The notes under the pieces were generated by a model. The model did no database searches and was not told the origin of the DNA. It saw only the letters and a list, made by a program, of their open reading frames with translations. A stretch of 60,640 nucleotides of DNA, counting the filler. It is 5 parts of 5 records of this genome, joined end to end, with 100 filler letters (N's around TTAATTAATTAA, not from the genome) between each part and the next. Parts side by side here need not be neighbours in the genome. Positions count along the whole stretch, not along the records: positions 1 to 9,117 come from SRR31147125_20880; positions 9,218 to 17,083 come from SRR31147125_20908; 3 more parts are not named here. The stretch is one strand, 5' to 3'. Below are positions 1 to 9,360 of this stretch, piece after piece (within the stretch, counting starts at the first letter, position 1; every line of letters begins with the position of its first letter). A program made the position numbers and the translations under genes.

Positions 1-1
1 C

Positions 2-310
2 GGGCTTGAAAAACTGAGGCGATGCAATTGCTCGTTATGCAGCCGCAGGAACGCGGTCGTCGCTTCCGTCGATCTGGATAATCTGAAAATCGTGAAAGGC
101 GAGGAATGCCTTTCGGTCTATACGTTCAACACGCATACCGCGAAGCACTATTTTTGCTCTAAATGCGGGATCTACACCCATCACCAGCGCCGCTCGAACC
201 CGCATGAATACGGGTTCAACATTTCATGCGTCGAGGGGGTGAAGATCGAGGACTACCAGCATATCGGTTATGTGGACGGGCGGGACAATCACCCCTCAGA
301 CAGGGCGTGA
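2..310 (+). CDS. GFA / CENP-V family Zn protein, 5' truncated by window edge
   Basis: Frame open from position 2: ...RRCNCSLCSRR...HYFCSKCGIYTHHQRRSNP...GFNISC, the CxCxxC + FCxxCG signature of the Gfa family. Confidence 0.9.
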   Translation, partial: GLEKLRRCNCSLCSRRNAVVASVDLDNLKIVKGEECLSVYTFNTHTAKHYFCSKCGIYTHHQRRSNPHEYGFNISCVEGVKIEDYQHIGYVDGRDNHPSDRA

Positions 311-452
311 AAGGGGCGTTGTCGAGGGGCGATCCGGGCATCTACCTACAGATAGATTGATTTCGGGTTCCGATGAGGGTACCCTAACGGCAGTTATTTT
401 ATCGGACTGATTTTACTGCATTTATTTTTATAACTGATTGCAGGAGCATATT

Positions 453-1445
453 ATGGATCGTGCTGGCCCGGCTTATTTCAGCCGTCAGGAAGGCGTGTGC
501 GGACAATCATTCAACACAGATAAAGCAGCGACAACGGAACAGCGGATATTTGCCGAGCTGTTCAAGCGACGAAACCAGATCGATCCCGCACAGGATCTGT
601 CGGAGAAGGCGATTGCGCATCACCTCGGGCAGATCTCAAGCATGGTCGCGCGGGCAGAACCTGTCGTGTTCGTGCTTCCCGCCTTTCCCGGAAAATCTCC
701 CAACCGGCGCAAGACGCTCAGCTACCTGCCGGATCTGGCCGAACGGCTGGCGCTTCAGGAGCTTTCGGAAATGTGCGAGGCCATCGGGCGGATCTATGCG
801 CCGGGTGCGCAGGTGCATGTGTGTTCCGACGGCTATGTGTTCTCCGATCTCGTCCACATCCCCGATGCCCATGTGCGCGAATATACCGACGAGCTTGAAA
901 GCTGGAGCGGCGAGCTGTTCCCCGACCGTTTCGTCTATTTCGACCTGAAGGACGCCTATCGCGGGCTGCCCGATCTGGACCGGATGCGCGAGGTACTGAC
1001 GCAGGATTTCGGCGAGCCGGTGGAGGCGCTCTCGGTGCAGGTGAAGGCGGACCCGGCGGCCAACGCCATGTATCGCGGCATCACCCGCTTCCTCTATGAG
1101 GACTACAAGGGCATGTCGGCCTTTGCTGACCTCTCCAACACCGCCATCCAGAAGAAGGCGCGCGCGACGGCCTATCGGGTCATCCAGCGCTCCAATGCGT
1201 GGAGTGCGCTGCTGGCCAAGCGCTATCCGCGGGCGGTACGGCTGTCGATCCATCCGCAGGGGCCCGACAGCACCAAATTCGGGATCAAGCTGGTGCCGTG
1301 CCTCGATATCTGGCGCACGCCCTGGCACTCGGTCGCCGTCAAGCGCGACGGGCAGGTGTTTCTGGAACGGCGCGCGGATGTGGAGGCCGGGGCCTGCCGG
1401 TTGATGTTCCGCGACGGGCGGCCCTGCCATTTCATCGATTTCTGA
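453..1445 (+). CDS. isnA: Isocyanide (isonitrile) synthase, PvcA/IsnA/DIT1 family, stand-alone
   Basis: Motifs LPAFPGKSPN, SDGYVFSD, RSNAW, RLSIHPQ, KFGIKL, TPWH; ATG at 453 preceded by AGGAG (442-446). Confidence 0.92.
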   Translation: MDRAGPAYFSRQEGVCGQSFNTDKAATTEQRIFAELFKRRNQIDPAQDLSEKAIAHHLGQISSMVARAEPVVFVLPAFPGKSPNRRKTLSYLPDLAERLALQELSEMCEAIGRIYAPGAQVHVCSDGYVFSDLVHIPDAHVREYTDELESWSGELFPDRFVYFDLKDAYRGLPDLDRMREVLTQDFGEPVEALSVQVKADPAANAMYRGITRFLYEDYKGMSAFADLSNTAIQKKARATAYRVIQRSNAWSALLAKRYPRAVRLSIHPQGPDSTKFGIKLVPCLDIWRTPWHSVAVKRDGQVFLERRADVEAGACRLMFRDGRPCHFIDF

Positions 1446-1487
1446 TCATTCGTTTTCATTCGTTCATTTTGCGATCGGCTTTTCATC

Positions 1488-2176
1488 ATGTTTGATATTC
1501 AGGCTGTCCTGTTCGATCTGGACGGAACCCTTGTCGATACGGTTCACGATATCGCCGCTTCCATGAATTCGCTGTTGCGCGAGATGGGAGAGGAGCCGTT
1601 CGACACTGATGATTATCGCCGCTGGATCGGCGGCGGTTCGGGCGCGATGGTGGCCCGGATCTCGCAGATGCTGGGGATAGAGGAGCCGGTGGAGAGCTTT
1701 CTGGAGCGCTACATGCAGCGCTACGGGCAGAACCTCACCACGCTCTCGCGACCCTTTGCGGGTGCCGAGGATATTCTCGCCACCTGCCGCGAACTGGATC
1801 TTCCCATCAGCGTCCTGAGCAACAAGGACCAGTGGATGGTGGACATCATCTGCCGGGAGCTGTTTCCCGATGTCGTCTTCCGCCACACCATCGGGCTCTC
1901 AAGCGCATTTCCGAAAAGCCTGATCCCACCTCCGCCCGTCATATTGCGCGCGATCTGGCGGTGAACCCGCGTCAGTGCCTCTTTGTGGGCGATACGCATG
2001 TCGATATACGCACCGCACTGGCGGCCGGGATGGCGTCGGCGGGCGTCACCTGGGGCTACGGCCTTGCCAGCGAAATCGACGAGGCGGGGCCGGATGTCAG
2101 GTTCCGGCGCATGAATGTTCTCGATCATTTCATCCGCGATCATTGCCATTCGGCCCGCAGGCGCATTTCGGCCTGA
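1488..2176 (+). CDS. HAD-family phosphatase (phosphoglycolate phosphatase-like), split by a 1-nt frameshift at about 1914-1917
   Basis: FDLDGTLVDT (motif I) and LSNK in ORF 1488-1964; KPDP and FVGDTHVD (motifs III/IV) continue in the frame of ORF 1832-2176. One extra A in CCG AAAA GCC restores ...FPKKPDP. Confidence 0.85.
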
Positions 2177-2272
2177 CCTACCCCGGAGCTGTCGCCGCGT
2201 GTGCGCCGCCATGCGTGGAACATATCGTAACCTTTTGATTGTCATTCACTTTTTAAAAAGAGGGTCATTACG

Positions 2273-2737
2273 GTGATTAAAGACATTTTCAATCTGAGGA
2301 TGGTGTCCTCGCAATACTGGACCGCCGGGCAACCGAGCGAAGAGCAGCTTGCCGATGTGGCGAAGGAGGGGTTCGATCTCGTCCTGAACATCGCCCCGCA
2401 GGACCCCCGCTACAGCCTTGAGGACGAGGAGCGGACGGTGAAGTCGCTGGGGATGGAGTATCAGCTCATTGCCATCGACTTCAAGGCGCCGACCCTTGAG
2501 GACTACGACCGCGTGGAAGCCGCGCTCATGATGGCGAAGGACAAGCGCGTTTTCATCCACTGCGCCGCCAATTACCGCGTCACGACGATCTTCGGATGTT
2601 TTGCCGTCAACCACCTCGGCTGGAGCCAGGCCGAATGGGACGACTTCATCACCGACGTCTGGAACATCTCCGAGTTCCCGATCTGGACCGAATACAAGGC
2701 CCAGCTGAAGCATCACGTGAAGGAGTTGGCGAAATGA
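2273..2737 (+). CDS. DUF442 / Blh-N type protein (PTP-like fold, HCAANYR active-site loop); phosphatase or sulfurtransferase
   Basis: AGQP, GFDLVLNI, E...GMEY and VFIHCAANYRV; the stop overlaps the next start (ATGA at 2734-2737). Confidence 0.75.
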   Translation: MIKDIFNLRMVSSQYWTAGQPSEEQLADVAKEGFDLVLNIAPQDPRYSLEDEERTVKSLGMEYQLIAIDFKAPTLEDYDRVEAALMMAKDKRVFIHCAANYRVTTIFGCFAVNHLGWSQAEWDDFITDVWNISEFPIWTEYKAQLKHHVKELAK

Positions 2738-4530
2738 ACGATCAACCGAAAATCATGGATACCGTATGTGCGGTCATCGGCTCCTTTCTGGTGAAGGGGG
2801 AAGGCGACCTGTTCGAGGGGCAAGGCAAGGCGGCGCTTTCCGCCAAGCTGAAGCCCTTCATCGACAAGGCGGAGCCGATCGAACTCGTGCTGCCCGGTTT
2901 TCCGTTCAAGTCGCTGAACTTTCATGCCAAGACGAGCGGTCCGAAGCCGGATTTCGGCGAGGTGCTGGCACTCCGGCGGCTTGAAGAGATGTGCGCGGCG
3001 ATCGATGCGGTCTATGGGCACGGGGTGCAGCTCACCATCGTCTCCGACGGCACGACCTATAACGACGTCATCGGCGTCTCGGACGAGGATCGTCAGGCCT
3101 ATAACGATGCGGTGCGCACGCTCTGGCCGAGCCGCTATTTCCGCTGGGCCACGGTGACGGATCTTGTCGGGGCTCCCGGTTCGCCGCAGGAGCTTCGCGA
3201 TGCGCTCATCGAGAAGGCGTCGCTGCCCTATGCCGACCTTGAGGCGTTCAAAAGGGCTGTGAAGGGCGATGAAGCGCTGGGCGCTGCGCATGATCGCATG
3301 TGCACTTTCCTTTACAACGATCTGCGCCCGCAGGTGGCGGATGATCTCGACGAGGACGCCTATTTCGCGGAAATCCGCGAGAAGGCCTACGAGATGATGA
3401 TCCGCGGCCTTGCGCTCAATGCGGGCGTGGAGCGGGCCTTCCCGGAGGCGGTGCGGCTGTCGGTGCATCAGTACGACAATGCGGGGCCGAAATTCTCCGT
3501 CGGGTTCCTGCCGGGCCTCGGCCATGTTTCGGCACCCTGGCACAAGGTGCCTTACCGCCATCTCGACGGGCATTTCAGCTTTGTCGATCACGCCTGGGTC
3601 GATGCCGCACGCACGCTTGCGGTCTATCGCGGCGAGCAGGTCTGGCTTTATCAGGAAAGCGATGCGGAGATCGATCCGGCGGTGCGGCTTTCTATCGTCA
3701 AGCCGCCGCAGTTCGGGCTGCTGGTGGAACTCGATGCGCCGGAAAAGGTGAAGCTGCTCACGCCGCGGCTGACGCGCAGCCTTGCGGATTTCTTCTCCTT
3801 CATCTGCGTGCGCGGCTGTCACTTTGCGGAGCGGGAGGATCTCGTCGATTACTGCCTGCCGTTCGGCGATATCTACCAGTGGCACTTCGGGCCCGTTCAT
3901 GTGGTGCAGCCGGAGGAAAAGCCGAAGGGCTTCGTGCAGTCGCTGGAAAAGACGCCCATCCACTGGGATCTTTCCATGCTGCCGCTTGATCATGAGCGGG
4001 TGAAGCAGGACGAGTGGTTCTGCGCCGATCTCTTCATGCTCTATTGCAAGACGCCGCCGCAGAAGGGCGAGGGCGAGACGACCCTTGTCGACGGGCGGGA
4101 AATCCTGCGCGAGGTGGGGCCGGAGACGGTGGAGAAATGGCGCAACACCAATATCACCTACAACACCAAGATGACCTATTTCGGCGGTCATCCGCGCAAG
4201 TATCCCCTGGTTCACGAGCATCCGGAAACGGGCGAGCCGATCCTGCGCTATCAGGAGGGCAGCAAGTCGGAATACCAGACCTTCTCGCAGGAGGTGGAAG
4301 GCCTGAGCCAGTCCGACAGCGACGCCTTCCTGGAGGAAATGAACCGGCGCATCTATGAAGCGAAGGTTTGCTACGCGCACCCGTGGGAGGCCGGCGACAT
4401 GGTGATCGTGGAGAATTACCTTGCTCTCCACGGGCGCAATCCGATGTCGGAGGCATCGAACAAGCGCGAACTGTGGCGTGTCCAGACGATCCCCGACATG
4501 CCGGTCGCCAACCGGTCGGCGGCCGAGTAG
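2734..4530 (+). CDS. Fused isocyanide synthase + TauD-like Fe(II)/2-oxoglutarate oxygenase (IsnA-IsnB / PvcA-PvcB fusion)
   Basis: N-terminal half: LPGFPFKS, SDGTTYND, RLSVHQY, APWH. C-terminal half: HWD...GETTLVDG...HPWEAGDMVIVENYLALHGR...RELWRVQ (HxD...H facial triad). Likely start ATG 2734 with AGGAG at 2721-2725. Confidence 0.9.
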   Translation: MNDQPKIMDTVCAVIGSFLVKGEGDLFEGQGKAALSAKLKPFIDKAEPIELVLPGFPFKSLNFHAKTSGPKPDFGEVLALRRLEEMCAAIDAVYGHGVQLTIVSDGTTYNDVIGVSDEDRQAYNDAVRTLWPSRYFRWATVTDLVGAPGSPQELRDALIEKASLPYADLEAFKRAVKGDEALGAAHDRMCTFLYNDLRPQVADDLDEDAYFAEIREKAYEMMIRGLALNAGVERAFPEAVRLSVHQYDNAGPKFSVGFLPGLGHVSAPWHKVPYRHLDGHFSFVDHAWVDAARTLAVYRGEQVWLYQESDAEIDPAVRLSIVKPPQFGLLVELDAPEKVKLLTPRLTRSLADFFSFICVRGCHFAEREDLVDYCLPFGDIYQWHFGPVHVVQPEEKPKGFVQSLEKTPIHWDLSMLPLDHERVKQDEWFCADLFMLYCKTPPQKGEGETTLVDGREILREVGPETVEKWRNTNITYNTKMTYFGGHPRKYPLVHEHPETGEPILRYQEGSKSEYQTFSQEVEGLSQSDSDAFLEEMNRRIYEAKVCYAHPWEAGDMVIVENYLALHGRNPMSEASNKRELWRVQTIPDMPVANRSAAE

Positions 4531-4535
4531 CCGCC

Positions 4536-5744
4536 ATGTCCGGTAAACGAGCCCTGTTCTTCGCGGAAGCGGTCACGCTGGCCCATGTGGTGCGTTCGTA
4601 CCAACTGGCCCGCAGCCTCCTCCACGAAGGCTATGAGGTGCATTTCGCCGTCGCTCCGCGTTTCCGGTTCGTCTATGACGAGCCGGAAATCCGGATGCAC
4701 TGGATCTCCTCCAAGTCGGGGCAGACCTTTCTCGACAATGTGGAGACGGGGCGCAGGCTTTATCGCGCCGATGAGCTGATCGGCTACGCCGGGGAAGAAC
4801 TGGAAGTCATCGAGGCGGTGCAGCCCGACTGGGTGCTCGGCGACTTCCGGCATTCGCTGTCGATCAGCGCGAAGCTTGCGGGCGTTCCGTATCTCAACCT
4901 GATCAACACGTACTGGAGCCCGCACTATGCGGGCAAGCGTCTGCCGGTGCCGGAGCTTCGCCAGTTCCCGCTCAGCCGTTTCTCGATGAGCGAGATCCTG
5001 ATGCCGGTGCTGACGCCGATCATCTTCAAGGCGCAAGGCCAGCCGCTTAACGAGGCGCGGCGGCATTTCAACCTTAAACCTTTCGACCATTGCCTGCACG
5101 GCTGGGCGGGGGGCGACCAGACGATCTTCTGCGATGTGCCGGAATGTTTCGACGGCTATGAACAGGCCGCGACCGAGCATTTCATCGGTCATGTCACGTG
5201 GGAGCCGTCGGTCGGTACGGATGAGACGGACAGGTGGCTGCAAGCCATGGCGCGGGAGCCTCACATCTACGTGGCGCTCGGGTCCTCCGGCGGGCGGGGC
5301 TTGCGGGATCGTGTCGTGGAGCGGGTGATCGCTTCCGGCTATCCTGTCTGCGTTTCCGGCGTGCCGGATAATGAGCGGCCCTCACATTGGTCAGACCGTG
5401 TTCTCTCGGCGGAGTTCGTCTCCGGCTCGGCGATCGCGGCTGAGGCCGGGCTCGTCATCACCAATGGCGGAAGCCCCACCACCTATCAGGCGCTCAACAC
5501 CGGAACGCCCGTCATCGGCATTCCCGCCAACATGGATCAGGTGTTGTGCATCCACCATGTCGACAAGCTCGATGCGGGCCGGATCATCCGTCCGTGGGAG
5601 GTAGAAAAGCCGCGCTTCAAGCGGACGGTGGAAGACTTGATGGAAGGCGAGTGTCGCGCGCAAGCCATTCGCTGGGCGGCGTGGTCAAAGGGCATGTCCT
5701 ATCGCTCCAGATTTCTGGAGGTGCTGGAAAAGACACTCCCGTGA
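4536..5744 (+). CDS. GT-B (GT1/MGT-like) glycosyltransferase of the type found with isocyanide synthases
   Basis: EAVTLAHVVR at the N terminus, YVALGSSG, VITNGGSPTTYQAL.GTPVIGIPANMDQ nucleotide-sugar binding motif; starts 5 nt after the fusion gene. Confidence 0.85.
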   Translation: MSGKRALFFAEAVTLAHVVRSYQLARSLLHEGYEVHFAVAPRFRFVYDEPEIRMHWISSKSGQTFLDNVETGRRLYRADELIGYAGEELEVIEAVQPDWVLGDFRHSLSISAKLAGVPYLNLINTYWSPHYAGKRLPVPELRQFPLSRFSMSEILMPVLTPIIFKAQGQPLNEARRHFNLKPFDHCLHGWAGGDQTIFCDVPECFDGYEQAATEHFIGHVTWEPSVGTDETDRWLQAMAREPHIYVALGSSGGRGLRDRVVERVIASGYPVCVSGVPDNERPSHWSDRVLSAEFVSGSAIAAEAGLVITNGGSPTTYQALNTGTPVIGIPANMDQVLCIHHVDKLDAGRIIRPWEVEKPRFKRTVEDLMEGECRAQAIRWAAWSKGMSYRSRFLEVLEKTLP

Positions 5745-5824
5745 AGATTTCAGCCGGTGTCGTTTCCAAGATGCCGGTTCAGGTTTGAATAGCTCATTAT
5801 TTCAATGGTTTCAGGATATCTGTT

Positions 5825-8200
5825 GTGACGAGCATTGGTGAGGTTGGCGCGACCCGTGAACGGGGTGTCGCGCTTCGGGTTTCGCTTGGCAGGCTGGCAA
5901 CGGGTGCGGTGCTCGGGCTTCTCTGTCTTCTGATCTGGGTGCCTTTTGCGCCCGCCATGATCAACTGGGGGCTCGACCCCTCGTGGATGGCCGGGCTCAA
6001 TCAGGCCGTGGCTCAGGGGCTCGTCTTCGGTCGGGACGTGATCTTCACATTCGGGCCCTATGGCAGCGTCTATTCGCTGACCTATCACCCCGCGACCCAC
6101 AGCCTGACATTGGCGGCGTGCATGGTGCTGGCGACGGGGCATTTCTGGGCGCTGTCGCGTGTGTTCCTGAGCGGGCGGCGCAATGTCTTTGCCGCCTTCG
6201 TTGTGATGTTGCTGGGGCTCTTTTCGCGCGATGCGCTGATCCTGAGCTATCCGCTTCTCTTCGTCTTTGCGCTGACGAGGATGCGGGACAAGGCATCTGC
6301 GCGGAACGGTGTGTGGGATGACGCGGGGCTGGTTGCCGCTGTCGCGGGGCTGGCGCTTCTTTTGCTCGTGAAAGGCTCGATCCTGCCGCTGGTCGGTTTT
6401 GCCGTCATCGCCGCGGCTGTCATATTCGCCATGACCGGGGCGTTCGCCCGGCTGGCCGTGCTTGTCGTCGTCTTTGCGGCGGCGCTTGCGGGGTTCTGGG
6501 TGTGGGCGGGGCAGCCGCTGGACGCGCTGCCCGCCTATCTCGCCGGGCTCGGGCGCGTCATTTCCGGCTATTCGGAAGCGATGGCGGTTCCGGGACGGTC
6601 GTTCGATTTCGTGCTCTTTGCGGCGGTCTTCGTGCCTGCGCTGGTGGTCGGGCTCTTCCAGCGAGGGGCCTTGTGGCAATGGGGCGCGCGCGTCGCGATG
6701 CTGGGTCTTCTGAGCTTCGTCGCCTTCAAGGCGGGGTTCGTGCGGCATGACTGGCATGCCACCATTGCGCTTGCGACAGCCGTGGTGTTGCTGGCAGTCG
6801 TTCTGGCGCGCTCGCGCCTGCCACTGGTCGTCTCGACCCTCTGGCTGATTGCGGCTTCGGGCGCATGGTACGAGGTAGAGCGGGCCAATCAGCAGATCCC
6901 GGCGCATTTCCTGATGCTTGCCAAGGTGAAGCAGGCGATTGTCGATCCGGTTCTGGTGCTGCCCGCGCTGGCGCGAAACCCGGATTATCTGGAAGAGCGC
7001 TTTGAGCGCACTCTCGCCGAGCTTCAGCGCCAATTCCGCTTTCCCGAATTCGACGGGCCTGCGGATGTCTATGATTTCTGGCAGTCGGATTTGCTTGCCT
7101 CGGGCTCGGAATGGTCGCCGCGCCCGACGCTTCAAAGCTATTCCGCCTATACGGGCTTTCTGGCTGATGCCAATGCGCGGCATCTGGAAGGCGCGGGTGC
7201 ACCTGAGGTGATCGCTTTCCGCATCACGCCGATTGACGGCAATTATCCGACGCTTGCCGACGGTGCCTCATGGCCGATGCTGCTGGGCGGGTACGAGCCC
7301 TATGATTTCGGCGAGGGTTTTCTCTACTTGCGCCGTCGAGCCGGGGCGACCGCGCCGGGCATGACGCCAGTGGGCAAGGGCGTCGCCGCCATGGGCGAGG
7401 ATATCGCGCTGCCCGCAACGGGTGGGCCGGTCTTCGTGCAGCTTGCCGTTTCCAAAACGGCCTATGGCAAGGCGAAGGAGCTGTTCTTCAAGCTTGAGAA
7501 CCTGCGTATCGAGGTGACGACGGCGGACGGGCGGGTGCGCGTCTTCCGCCATGTCTCGGGCATGGGCGAGGCGGGTTTCCTCATCTCGCCGCTGGTGGAG
7601 AATTCAACCGAGATGAACGCGCTTTACGGCCATGCGGACAAGCTTGCGAAGAAGCGGGTGGTGAGCTTCCGGCTGATCGCTCCCGATGGATCCATGCGCG
7701 AATGGGAGGATGCGGTCGGCTATGAATTCCGGGGCATCGATCCGGGCGGGATCGCATCCTCGTCCGTGCGCCCGGCTCATGCGCCTGTCGTCGCGAAGGA
7801 AGACGCGATCACCGGGCTTGCGGAAAGTGCGGAAGGGTGTTTCGGCGGGCTCGATGTGCTCAACGATCTCTACCCGGCGCCGGCCTCCTTCCGCATCGAC
7901 GCCATCCTGTCGGTGATCGGGTGGATAAAGGTTCCCGGTGCGACGCGCGAAGCGCCGGGGGAGGTGTTCCTGACCCTCACGGACAAGGCGAGCGGGCGGG
8001 AAGACTGGATCAGGACCCGCCGCGCTCCACGCCTCGATGTGAAGACGCTCATGGGCGATCCCTTCGGTCCCGATCTCGGTTATGACGCCTATGCGGATAT
8101 CGCGCCCTATTCCGGCGACCAGACGCTGGGCGTCGCCTGGGCGAACGAGACGGCGTGGGGGCGGTGCCCGTCGTTTGAACGCGAACTCAGATTTCCCTGA
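5825..8200 (+). CDS. Large polytopic membrane protein with extracytoplasmic C-terminal domains, possibly involved in surface-glycan modification
   Basis: About 10-12 hydrophobic segments in the first ~350 aa with a GLDPSW...FTFGPYG loop, then a soluble region; lies directly upstream of rfbA. Function inferred only. Confidence 0.6.
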   Translation: MTSIGEVGATRERGVALRVSLGRLATGAVLGLLCLLIWVPFAPAMINWGLDPSWMAGLNQAVAQGLVFGRDVIFTFGPYGSVYSLTYHPATHSLTLAACMVLATGHFWALSRVFLSGRRNVFAAFVVMLLGLFSRDALILSYPLLFVFALTRMRDKASARNGVWDDAGLVAAVAGLALLLLVKGSILPLVGFAVIAAAVIFAMTGAFARLAVLVVVFAAALAGFWVWAGQPLDALPAYLAGLGRVISGYSEAMAVPGRSFDFVLFAAVFVPALVVGLFQRGALWQWGARVAMLGLLSFVAFKAGFVRHDWHATIALATAVVLLAVVLARSRLPLVVSTLWLIAASGAWYEVERANQQIPAHFLMLAKVKQAIVDPVLVLPALARNPDYLEERFERTLAELQRQFRFPEFDGPADVYDFWQSDLLASGSEWSPRPTLQSYSAYTGFLADANARHLEGAGAPEVIAFRITPIDGNYPTLADGASWPMLLGGYEPYDFGEGFLYLRRRAGATAPGMTPVGKGVAAMGEDIALPATGGPVFVQLAVSKTAYGKAKELFFKLENLRIEVTTADGRVRVFRHVSGMGEAGFLISPLVENSTEMNALYGHADKLAKKRVVSFRLIAPDGSMREWEDAVGYEFRGIDPGGIASSSVRPAHAPVVAKEDAITGLAESAEGCFGGLDVLNDLYPAPASFRIDAILSVIGWIKVPGATREAPGEVFLTLTDKASGREDWIRTRRAPRLDVKTLMGDPFGPDLGYDAYADIAPYSGDQTLGVAWANETAWGRCPSFERELRFP

Positions 8201-8244
8201 GAGATTTCAGATTTTGATTTAGACATTTTATTCATGAGGTTGTC

Positions 8245-9117
8245 ATGAAAGGAATAATTCTCGCCGGAGGCAGCGGCACGCGCCTTCATCCGATGACAAT
8301 CAGCGTCTCCAAGCAGTTGCTGCCGGTCTATGACAAGCCGATGATCTACTATCCGCTGACAACGCTCATGCTGGCGGGCATCCGCGATATTCTGGTCATC
8401 TCCACGCCGCACGACATGCCGCTTTTCCAGCGGCTCCTGGGTGACGGTTCCCAGTGGGGAATTTCGTTGTCCTATGCCGTGCAGCCGCGCCCGGAAGGGC
8501 TGGCGCAGGCCTATGTGATCGCAGCCGATTTCATCGGTGATCAGTCGTCCTGCCTGATCCTTGGCGACAACATCTATTTCGGCCACGGATTGCCGGGACT
8601 GCTGCGCAAGGCGCGCAACATGGAGCGCGGGGCGACCGTCTTCGCCTATCATGTGGCCGACCCGGAACGCTATGGCGTGGTGGAGTTCGATACCGGGCTT
8701 CGCGCCGTGTCGCTGGAGGAAAAACCTGTGAAGCCGCGCTCCAACTGGGCGGTGACGGGGCTCTATTTTTACGACAATCGCGTCGTCGATATCGCGGCGA
8801 ACCTGAAGCCTTCCGCACGCGGCGAGCTTGAGATCACCGACGTCAACCGGACCTATCTGGAGTGGGGCGAACTCAATGTCTCCATCATGGGGCGCGGCTA
8901 TGCCTGGCTTGATACGGGCACGCCGGAAAGCCTGATCGAGGCCAGCGAATATGTGCGCACGCTGGAGAAACGGCAGGGTTTCAAGATCGCCTGTCCGGAG
9001 GAAATCGCGCTGACGCTCGGCTATCAGAGCGAGGCGGAATTCGAGGGGCAGGTGGAGCGTTACGCCAAGAGCCAGTACGGCGAATATCTGAAATCGGTCG
9101 CCATGATGCGGGCGGGG
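8245..9117 (+). CDS. rfbA: Glucose-1-phosphate thymidylyltransferase (3' end at contig break)
   Basis: [16 protein letters not shown]...[17 protein letters not shown]...EEKP...GLYFYD...RGELEITD...WLDTGT. Confidence 0.97.
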
Positions 9118-9217
9118 NNNNNNNNNNNNNNNNNNNNNNNNNNNNNNNNNNNNNNNNNNNNTTAATTAATTAANNNNNNNNNNNNNNNNNNNNNNNNNNN
9201 NNNNNNNNNNNNNNNNN
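9118..9217. other. Artificial contig spacer (N44 + TTAATTAATTAA + N44)
   Basis: Six-frame stop linker flanked by Ns; base composition changes abruptly across it. Confidence 0.99.
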
Positions 9218-9360
9218 AAAAAATGTAAATAATAAAAAATGTAATGTTCTGCAAAAGCCCTAACAAAACATCTTTTCGAAGCAAGTTTACACGTTCGCTG
9301 AAAATAAAACAATCTGTAAAATGAAACAGTCATTTTACTCCAAAAGTATGTAAAAGTGCG

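Noticed and set aside
636-7183. Long minus-strand ORFs (636-1430, 2713-4431, 4416-5264, 5750-7183)
   Set aside because: Antisense shadows of GC-rich plus-strand genes with no recognisable motifs.
9162-9173. TTAATTAATTAA palindrome repeated four times in the window
   Set aside because: Always centred in 100-nt N spacers; an artificial six-frame stop linker.
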